In this document: positions 57,795 to 64,000 of the stretch, piece by piece
Numbering within the stretch: position 1 is the stretch's first letter
Layout of the letters: each line of letters begins with the position of its first letter
Origin: an uncultured Planctomycetaceae bacterium
GTDB lineage: Bacteria > Planctomycetota > Phycisphaerae > SM23-33
Reading direction: 5' to 3'
NCBI GenBank assembly: GCA_964385465.1
Contig: CAYLPJ010000004.1
Coordinates: 93,044 to 157,043, forward strand
Length of the DNA: 64,000 nucleotides
Program-made: the position numbers and the translations under genes
Notes under the pieces: model-generated
Told to the model about the DNA's origin: nothing
The model's input: the letters and a program-made list of their open reading frames with translations, nothing else
The model's database searches: none

Positions 57795-58034
57795 ATGCCG
57801 TGTGCATGCCTGCATAGCGAGACGACGGTCGACCGCGTCGGGCGGTTGCTCGAGGCGGTCAAGGAGATCGACGCGGCCGAACTGGAGCGACTGGTCCAAC
57901 TCGCCCACGAGTGCAGCCCCAAGCAGATGGCCGCGCCGCCCGAGCCGCTGCCGGTGACCCGCCAGGCCCTGCGGATGTTCTGGCATTTCCGCTGCAATCT
58001 GGAATCGGTGGAGGTGACCGCGGACCGAGGGTAA
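57795..58034 (+). CDS. Hypothetical small protein
   Basis: GGAGGA RBS 6 nt upstream of ATG. 79 aa. No recognisable motif. Confidence 0.3.
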   Translation: MPCACLHSETTVDRVGRLLEAVKEIDAAELERLVQLAHECSPKQMAAPPEPLPVTRQALRMFWHFRCNLESVEVTADRG

Positions 58035-58075
58035 GGGGGACCCCAACCGGCAACCGCGACACAGGAGACCATGCG

Positions 58076-58306
58076 ATGAGCGAACAACCGAAGAATGGAT
58101 ACCCATACCCGGACGATCCAGGCGGCACCCACTGGCACGAGTGCTGGCGCAATCCGGGGCATCACAACTGCGCCGTGGCCGAGATCGAGCGGCTTCGAGA
58201 AGAGATCAACCAACTCGCCGACCACATCATCAGCCAGGGGAAAGCGGCTGAGATGCAGGGGCTGAGGATGTGGCAATGGCGGGAGAGCCTCCGGCGTGAC
58301 GACTGA
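58076..58306 (+). CDS. Hypothetical small protein
   Basis: AGGAGACC RBS. 76 aa with HWHECWRNPGHHNC. Ends 11 nt into the Prim-Pol gene. Confidence 0.3.
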   Translation: MSEQPKNGYPYPDDPGGTHWHECWRNPGHHNCAVAEIERLREEINQLADHIISQGKAAEMQGLRMWQWRESLRRDD

Positions 58307-60521
58307 TGCCGCATCCATCGCGGATGCCGGCCGGTCGTACCTGGACGCGGGGTTGTGCGTGTTGCCGGCCAGCCGGGTCGACAAGTACCCGAGCATCGGC
58401 AGTTGGCGGCCGTTCCAGAGCCGCCGGCCCACGTCGGCCGAACTGGAGGCCTGGTGCGCCAACGACCACGACGCCCTGTGCCTGCTGTGCGGCGAGGTGT
58501 CGGGGCATTTGGAAGCCCTGGACTTCGACGCCGGCGGCGAGGCGTTCGAGGCGTGGTGCGAGGCCGTGCCGGCCGAGCTGCTGAACCGCCTGGTGATCGA
58601 GGGCACGCCCTCGGGCGGCTGGCACGTGCTGTACCGCTGCCAGTGCCCGGTCTGCGGCAGCATCAAGCTCGCCCAGCGCCGGACGGCGGACGGGCTGGTC
58701 ACGCTGATCGAGACGCGCGGCGAGGGAGGCCTGGTCCTGTGTGCCCCGACGGCCGGCTACGACCTGGCCCAGGGCCGGATCGACCGGCTGCCCGTGCTGA
58801 GCGAGGCCGAACGCGAGGTGTTGCTGTCGGCCGCGTGGGCGCTCAACGAGGTGGCCTCGCCCCCTGAGCCGCCCCGGCAGCCGTTGGCCGACACGGGCGA
58901 ACCTCGCGGCGACGGGGGCCGCCCGGGCGACGAATACAACCAGCGCGGCGACGTGCGGGCGCTGCTGGCCGAACATGGCTGGACGTTCGTCTCCGGCGGC
59001 GAAAACGAGCATTGGCGCAGGCCCGGCAAGCAGCGAGGCACGTCGGCGACGCTGAAGGATGGCGTGTTCTACGTGTTCAGTTCCAACGCCGCGCCGTTCG
59101 AGCCTCGCCAGCCGTACAAGCCGTTCGCGGTGTACGCCGCGCTCGAACACGGCGGCGATTACGAGCAGGCCGCCCGGGCGCTTCGCGAGCAGGGCTACGG
59201 CAGCGATCCGCCGACGGCGGACGACTCGGACGTGGACCTCTCGATCCTGATGCGGCGGCTGGTGGGCGAGCCGACCGGCGAAAACGACGAATCGCTGGTC
59301 CAGCCGCTCAAGACGCTGATCACCGAGTTCACGGGCCTGAATCGTCCCGTCATCCACAAGCTCATTCGCGAAGGAGAGACCATGAACATCATCGCCAGCC
59401 CGAAGACCGGCAAATCCTGGTTCGTCTCCCGCCTGGCGATCTCCGTCGCCTCGGGACTGGACTGGCTGGGCCACGCCGTCGAACCCGGCCGCGTGCTGCA
59501 CATCGACAACGAACTGCACGCCAACACTATCGCCTACCGCTACCGGGTGATCAGCGACGCCATGGGCGTGCCGCATCATCTCTATAGCGGCAACATCGAC
59601 ATGGTCTCCCTGCGCGGCCGGCTGCGCGACCTGTACGCCATGGCCGAGATGTTCGAGGCCGTCGAGCCGGGCCAGTACAAGCTGATCATCCTCGACGCCT
59701 TCTACCGCACGCTGCCGCGCGACACCGACGAGAACGACAACGGCGCGATCGCCAACCTCTACAACCTCATCGACCACTACGCCGGGCGGCTGGGATGTGC
59801 GTTCGTCCTGATCCACCACACCTCCAAGGGCAACCAGGCCGGCAAGTCCGTCACCGACGTGGGGGCGGGCGCAGGCAGCCAATCCAGGGCGGCCGACACG
59901 CACCTGATCCTCCGGCCGCACGAGGAAGACGGGCTGGTCGTGCTCGAATCGGCCGTTCGCACCTGGCCCTCGCCCCCGCCGATCGTCCTGCGGTGGCAGT
60001 GGCCGCTGTTCACGCCGGTCGGCGAGGTCGACGCCTCGGCCCTGCAGGGGCTGGTCAAGCCCAAGGAGAAGAGCAAGTCGGTGGACATGGCGGAGTTCAT
60101 CGAGCAGTGCATCGGCCTGTTCGACCCGTGCTCGAAGGTCTGCGTGCACTACGAGGCCGCCCAGCGATTCGGACTGCCTGAGCGGAAGGCCGACCAGATG
60201 CTCGACCTGGCCCTGGAACGCGGCGACGTGATCCGCATGCGAGCCGGCTCGCGCATGAAGTACGTGATGCGCCGGCCCGGGGTCAGCGGCGAAAAGGGCC
60301 TGTGGACGGCGGCCCTGCTGGCCCACGATCCCGACGCCAACGTCCAGGAGATCGCCCAGGAGGTAGGCGTATCGGAGCGATACGTGCGCCAGATCCGCAA
60401 CGCCAGGGGCGGAACGGACCTGGAACCGACGGACGAAAACAAAGGACTTACGGCGGAACTGGACGCGGAACCGGAACTGGCCAGTTCCGGAACCAGTTCC
60501 GGAAGCGAAAGCTTCAAGTGA
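58296..60521 (+). CDS. Bifunctional primase-polymerase (Prim-Pol) fused to AAA_25/RepA-like replicative helicase
   Basis: Prim-Pol N-terminus LCVLPA...GHLEALDFD (D-x-D). Primase C-terminal-like middle. Walker A IIASPKTGKSWF and Walker B LIILDAFYR. 741 aa. Confidence 0.8.
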   Translation: MTTDAASIADAGRSYLDAGLCVLPASRVDKYPSIGSWRPFQSRRPTSAELEAWCANDHDALCLLCGEVSGHLEALDFDAGGEAFEAWCEAVPAELLNRLVIEGTPSGGWHVLYRCQCPVCGSIKLAQRRTADGLVTLIETRGEGGLVLCAPTAGYDLAQGRIDRLPVLSEAEREVLLSAAWALNEVASPPEPPRQPLADTGEPRGDGGRPGDEYNQRGDVRALLAEHGWTFVSGGENEHWRRPGKQRGTSATLKDGVFYVFSSNAAPFEPRQPYKPFAVYAALEHGGDYEQAARALREQGYGSDPPTADDSDVDLSILMRRLVGEPTGENDESLVQPLKTLITEFTGLNRPVIHKLIREGETMNIIASPKTGKSWFVSRLAISVASGLDWLGHAVEPGRVLHIDNELHANTIAYRYRVISDAMGVPHHLYSGNIDMVSLRGRLRDLYAMAEMFEAVEPGQYKLIILDAFYRTLPRDTDENDNGAIANLYNLIDHYAGRLGCAFVLIHHTSKGNQAGKSVTDVGAGAGSQSRAADTHLILRPHEEDGLVVLESAVRTWPSPPPIVLRWQWPLFTPVGEVDASALQGLVKPKEKSKSVDMAEFIEQCIGLFDPCSKVCVHYEAAQRFGLPERKADQMLDLALERGDVIRMRAGSRMKYVMRRPGVSGEKGLWTAALLAHDPDANVQEIAQEVGVSERYVRQIRNARGGTDLEPTDENKGLTAELDAEPELASSGTSSGSESFK

Positions 60522-60880
60522 TTGTCAAACATCAACTTACGCCAGCAGGCCGTCGCGGAACTGGACGCGGAACCAGACGCGCCGGAAAAAGCGTCTGAGT
60601 TCCGCGACACCCGAGAACGTAAGCCAATGACTAAAAGCAATTTACAAACCTTCGTCGCGGAACTGAGGGCGGAACTCCGCACACCTCTCCCCCTACGGGG
60701 GAGTACGCGGGCGTCTGAAACGCCCCGCGATACTCCCCGAGCCGTAGGGCTTGCCTCGCGGGTCCTACCCGGGCCTGACCTGCCAAGATGGCACGGGAAC
60801 GAGTCGCGCGTGGAGACAGAGTTTGTTGGCACCGCGCCGAACGACCGGCGCTTAACCCTAGAGCACATGGAGGTGCTTCG

Positions 60881-62284
60881 ATGACCGCAACGCAGGAAGC
60901 AAAGAATCAGAAGTTCGCCGTTCAGCTCCGCAAGATCGACGACGTCCGGCCGTACGAGCGGAACCCACGCGTCAACGACCAGGCCGTGGACGCCGTGGCC
61001 GCGTCGATGGCCGAGTTCGGATTCCGCCAGCCCATCGTCGTGGACGAAGATGGCGTGATCATCGTCGGCCACACCCGCTGGAAGGCCGCGCAGAAGCTGG
61101 GGCTGGCCAAGGTACCGGTCCACGTCGCGACCGACCTGACGCCGGAGCAGGCGCGAGCGTATCGCATCGCCGACAACAAGACCGGCGAGTTGGCCGACTG
61201 GGACCTGGAGATCCTGCCCATCGAGCTCAACGAGCTGCGCCAGGGCGGATTCGACATGGACACGCTCGCTTTCGACGAGGAGGAACTCGGCAAGCTGCTC
61301 AGCCAGGCCGAGGGCGTCACCGAGGGGCTGACCGACCCGGACTCGGTGCCCGAGCCGCCGGACGATCCGATCACCCAGCGCGGCGACATCTGGGTGCTCG
61401 GCGACCACCGGCTGCTCTGCGGCGACAGCGGCAGCGAGGCCGACCTCGACCGGCTCATGGACGGCAACGTATGCGATCTGGTCAATATGGACCCGCCGTA
61501 TAACGTGAAGGTCGAACCGCGCAGCAGCACCGCCATCGCGGCCGGGCAGAGCTCCTTCCCCGAGCAGGCCGGCAAGATGCACCACCAGGGCTTCGACGTC
61601 GGTCGCGGCGTGACAGACCCGAAGAAGGCCCGCAAGAAGATGCGGCCCAAAGACCGGCCGCTCGAGAACGACTTCGTCAGCGACGAGGCGTTCGACGAGA
61701 TGCTGCTGGCCTGGTTCGCCAACGCCTCGCGCGTGCTCAAGCCGGGCGGCTCGTTCTACATCTGGGGCGGCTACGCCAACCTGGGCAATTACCCCGCGCC
61801 GCTGAAGGCTGCCGGGCTGTATTTCAGCCAGGGGATCGTCTGGGACAAGCAGCATCCGGTACTCACGCGGAAGGATTTCATGGGGGCCTTCGAGATCGCG
61901 TTCTACGGCTGGAAGGAAGGCGCAAGTCACCATTTCTACGGGCCTAACAACGCGACCGACCTCTGGCACGTCAAGAAAGTCAACCCCCAGGCGATGGTCC
62001 ATCTGACCGAGAAGCCGGTCGAGTTGGCCGTCCGCTCGATCCAGTTTTCGTCCAAGCCAGGCGAGAACGTCCTGGACCTCTTCGGCGGCTCCGGCAGCAC
62101 GCTGATCGGCTGCGAGCAGACCGACCGCCGGGCGTTTCTGATGGAATATGACGAGGCCTACTGCGACGTGATCGTCAAGCGCTGGGAGGAGTTCACCGGC
62201 CGTAAGGCAGAGCGGATCGCCGCGCCGGAGACCCCGAAGAGCACCCCGGCCGAGGCGACCGGGGTGGAGGAGGTGGAGGCGTGA
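60881..62284 (+). CDS. ParB-N domain fused to DNA methyltransferase (DPPY; N6-adenine/N4-cytosine)
   Basis: GGAGGT RBS. ParB-like IIVGHTRWKAAQKLGL. MTase motif IV NMDPPYNV and motif I VLDLFGGSGSTLIG. 467 aa. Confidence 0.8.
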   Translation: MTATQEAKNQKFAVQLRKIDDVRPYERNPRVNDQAVDAVAASMAEFGFRQPIVVDEDGVIIVGHTRWKAAQKLGLAKVPVHVATDLTPEQARAYRIADNKTGELADWDLEILPIELNELRQGGFDMDTLAFDEEELGKLLSQAEGVTEGLTDPDSVPEPPDDPITQRGDIWVLGDHRLLCGDSGSEADLDRLMDGNVCDLVNMDPPYNVKVEPRSSTAIAAGQSSFPEQAGKMHHQGFDVGRGVTDPKKARKKMRPKDRPLENDFVSDEAFDEMLLAWFANASRVLKPGGSFYIWGGYANLGNYPAPLKAAGLYFSQGIVWDKQHPVLTRKDFMGAFEIAFYGWKEGASHHFYGPNNATDLWHVKKVNPQAMVHLTEKPVELAVRSIQFSSKPGENVLDLFGGSGSTLIGCEQTDRRAFLMEYDEAYCDVIVKRWEEFTGRKAERIAAPETPKSTPAEATGVEEVEA

Positions 62285-62292
62285 GGCGCGCT

Positions 62293-62871
62293 TCAGCGAT
62301 TCAGCGCGAACCTTCCGCGTTCGACCTTACGGAAGCGGGCGTCGTCGCCCTTGCCCTTGATCTCGCGGAGGATGGCCGAGTAGAGCGTGTTGGCCGGCGT
62401 CTTGCCGCCACGCGCCGGCGACCAGTAGCCCTCGGCCGTCATCTGTTCGACCATCTGCGTGCAGTTCAGCGGCTCGGCGTCGGCCTCGCGAGCCTCGAGG
62501 ACTTTCACGGCCGCGTCGAGGATCGACAGCCGCTTCGGCTCGTCGTTGTTGTCGCCCGTCGCGGCCTTGGCGTCCTCGGCCGACTCGGCCATGGCCCGCT
62601 CGCTGGCGGTCTGGCCGTCGGGCGACGCGGCCCGCTGCTCGGCCAGACGGGCGTTGGCCTGGTCGGCCTTGTGGACGGCCTGGATGTGCTCGGCGTCGGC
62701 GAGTCGCTTGCGGAGTCGCTGCGGGCTCTTGATCCGAATCGTCTTGCCGGTCTTTCGGCTGGTGCCGACCCAGCCGCCGTTGTCGTGTTCGCGGTCGATC
62801 CGCACCGGCACGAGGTTGCCGGCGACTTTCACGAGGTAGCTCGCGCCGAGCTGTACGTCTGCTTTCTTCAT
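62293..62871 (-). CDS. Hypothetical protein with C-terminal HARE-HTH-like winged helix
   Basis: AAGGAG RBS. 192 aa. C-terminus LSILDAAVKVLEAR...GKTPANTLYSAILREIKGKGDDARFRKVERGRFAL. Confidence 0.5.
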   Translation of the reverse strand: MKKADVQLGASYLVKVAGNLVPVRIDREHDNGGWVGTSRKTGKTIRIKSPQRLRKRLADAEHIQAVHKADQANARLAEQRAASPDGQTASERAMAESAEDAKAATGDNNDEPKRLSILDAAVKVLEAREADAEPLNCTQMVEQMTAEGYWSPARGGKTPANTLYSAILREIKGKGDDARFRKVERGRFALNR

Positions 62872-62931
62872 CGTCAGGCTCCTTCTGCTAGGGGTCACTG
62901 CCGCCGCCACGCGCGGCGGCTTGCTTGCGAT

Positions 62932-63150
62932 TTACAGGCCGAGTTCGGCCCGGAGGCGGTCCTGCTGCTCCTCGCCGAGCATGTCGACCAGCCGCTGCTG
63001 GAACCAGCGGACCTGGCGGCTGACAGCGTCGTCATCGCAGTACGGGATCGGGCTGCGGAGCCACTCGGCGATGACGGCGATGGCCTCGGGGCTGAGTACG
63101 TCCTTCAGGGCGTCCTGCATGCGTTCGTTCTCGTCGCGTGTCGGGATCAT
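62932..63150 (-). CDS. Hypothetical small phage protein
   Basis: AAGGAGA RBS. 72 aa. Compact spacing in the minus-strand small-gene operon. Confidence 0.4.
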   Translation of the reverse strand: MIPTRDENERMQDALKDVLSPEAIAVIAEWLRSPIPYCDDDAVSRQVRWFQQRLVDMLGEEQQDRLRAELGL

Positions 63151-63174
63151 CGTGGCGTCTCCTTCTGGCTGGGG

Positions 63175-63468
63175 TTACAGGTCGCTGAGGCGGAGCAGGT
63201 CGCGGTAGACGTCGTGGATGTCGCTGTTGGTGCCCCGCCGGCCTTCGAGGTGGTGGTGCAGGCAGTCGGCCATCGAGAAGAGGTCTTCCTCGCAGCCGGC
63301 ATCGACGTGGTGCTCACGGCCGTTGGGCGTGTCCGGTGCGAAGATCGTCACCAGGACGACATTCGGCCCGTTGTGCATGCCGTCGCGGCGCTGGGCGGTG
63401 GCGTACCAGTGGCCTGCCTGGCCATTGATCTCGTGGCGTCCTTCGAAATCGATTCGCGTGATTCGCAT
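63175..63468 (-). CDS. Hypothetical small phage protein
   Basis: AAAGGA RBS. 97 aa, His-rich (HHVDAGCEEDLFSMADCLHHHLEG). Confidence 0.4.
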   Translation of the reverse strand: MRITRIDFEGRHEINGQAGHWYATAQRRDGMHNGPNVVLVTIFAPDTPNGREHHVDAGCEEDLFSMADCLHHHLEGRRGTNSDIHDVYRDLLRLSDL

Positions 63469-63471
63469 GGT

Positions 63472-63672
63472 TCAGGTCCTTTCGGTTCGGAGGTCGAGCA
63501 GTTTGCCGGCGGCGTAGCGCCGCAGGGCGTCGGGGTCGTCCCAGGCGGTGGCCACCGGGCGGGTCGCGCAGGTCTTGAGGGCGTACAGCTTCCGGCCGGT
63601 GCCGGTCGTGCTTACGTGGACGATCCGGGCCTCCTGGCCGGGGTAGGTTTTGGCGTCGCGGTTGATGTGCAT
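63472..63672 (-). CDS. Hypothetical small phage protein
   Basis: GGAGAA RBS. 66 aa. Starts 3 nt after the previous gene. Confidence 0.4.
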   Translation of the reverse strand: MHINRDAKTYPGQEARIVHVSTTGTGRKLYALKTCATRPVATAWDDPDALRRYAAGKLLDLRTERT

Positions 63673-63696
63673 GGCGTGTTCTCCGTGCTCTGGTGG

Positions 63697-63888
63697 TTAG
63701 CGGCTGGTCTGCCGGCCGGCCTCGAACGCGGCCGCCAGGGCCTTGCGAATCTGGCAGACGCCCAGCTCGTGGAAGTCGAGGCTGTCGCGGCCACGCTCGC
63801 GGAGCGTCTGGATGCCCAGCGTGGCCCGGGCGATGTTCTGGATCACGGCGTCCTTGTAGGCCTTGGTGTGTCGTGCGGGTTCGCTCAT
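63697..63888 (-). CDS. Hypothetical small phage protein
   Basis: AAGGAGATAACG-ATG. 63 aa from MSEPARHTKAY. The longer ORF start at 63939 lacks an RBS. Confidence 0.35.
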   Translation of the reverse strand: MSEPARHTKAYKDAVIQNIARATLGIQTLRERGRDSLDFHELGVCQIRKALAAAFEAGRQTSR

Positions 63889-64000
63889 CGTTATCTCCTT
63901 CTCTGGCAGTCGGTTACGTTCGTCGTTCGACGCTTGCATGTTACCTCGCCCCCGCGACGCAGCAAGGCCATTAACTTCTTTTCTCGCAACAACTTGCAGA

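Larger units (their letters stand above)
48613..64000. mobile_element. Integrated phage-like / integrative element inserted at tRNA-Pro; extends past the window end
   Basis: Serine recombinase abutting and overlapping the tRNA 3' end. Lower GC than the host. Contiguous phage-type replication/recombination genes (exonuclease, AAA_24, DUF669, RusA, ParB-like x2, SF2 helicase, Prim-Pol/helicase, ParB-MTase), operator repeats and small early-type ORFs. Distal att site not in window. Confidence 0.6.

Noticed and set aside
55210-57807. 857-aa plus ORF fusing ParB2 and helicase, and 601-aa minus ORF 56002..57807
   Set aside because: The helicase motifs start at the GTG at 56050, in a different frame from ParB2. 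The minus ORF is antisense low-complexity.
1-64000. CRISPR arrays and IS/transposase genes
   Set aside because: No regularly spaced short direct repeats with unique spacers and no transposase-like ORFs were seen. The only periodic repeats are the operator (51.1 kb) and iteron-like (60.5 kb) arrays described above.

Overview
High-GC (~70%) bacterial chromosome segment, probably a Planctomycetes-type organism: long spurious ORFs on every strand, TAT/Sec-secreted sulfatases and oversized glycoside hydrolases. I read the window as four blocks. (1) 1-29.2 kb is a host carbohydrate and sulfated-glycan region: ECF sigma/anti-sigma pair, MtnA, two ~1700-aa paralogous secreted GH2-like proteins flanking an AsmA-like protein, a TAT sugar-phosphate isomerase, a TAT Gfo/Idh/MocA oxidoreductase, a sulfatase and an amidohydrolase. 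It is followed by two tandem paralogous ~1140-aa FAD-dependent oxidoreductase/HEAT-repeat proteins. (2) About 29.3-32.7 kb is a lower-GC defence islet: a NucS-like PD-(D/E)xK nuclease plus a Type II restriction-modification pair with an SPPY-type methyltransferase. (3) 32.8-48.4 kb is host housekeeping and envelope: Na/Pi symporter-PhoU-PhoR-like kinase operon, D-2-hydroxyacid dehydrogenase, TPR protein, cardiolipin synthase, VanZ-like membrane protein, a HEXXH secreted protein with a PEPK repeat, a clan-A glycoside hydrolase and a second sulfatase. (4) From tRNA-Pro(GGG) at 48.6 kb to the window end is an integrated phage-like element. It has a large serine recombinase whose 3' end overlaps the tRNA, a repeat-rich operator region, and a replication/recombination module with translationally coupled ATGA/GTGA junctions (Cas4/RecB-like exonuclease, AAA_24 ATPase, DUF669, RusA, two ParB-like genes, SF2 helicase, Prim-Pol/helicase, ParB-methyltransferase), followed by a minus-strand operon of small genes. 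It also carries iteron-like ~100-bp periodic repeats and two tRNA-like structures. All calls rest on motif recognition by eye; no database search was possible.
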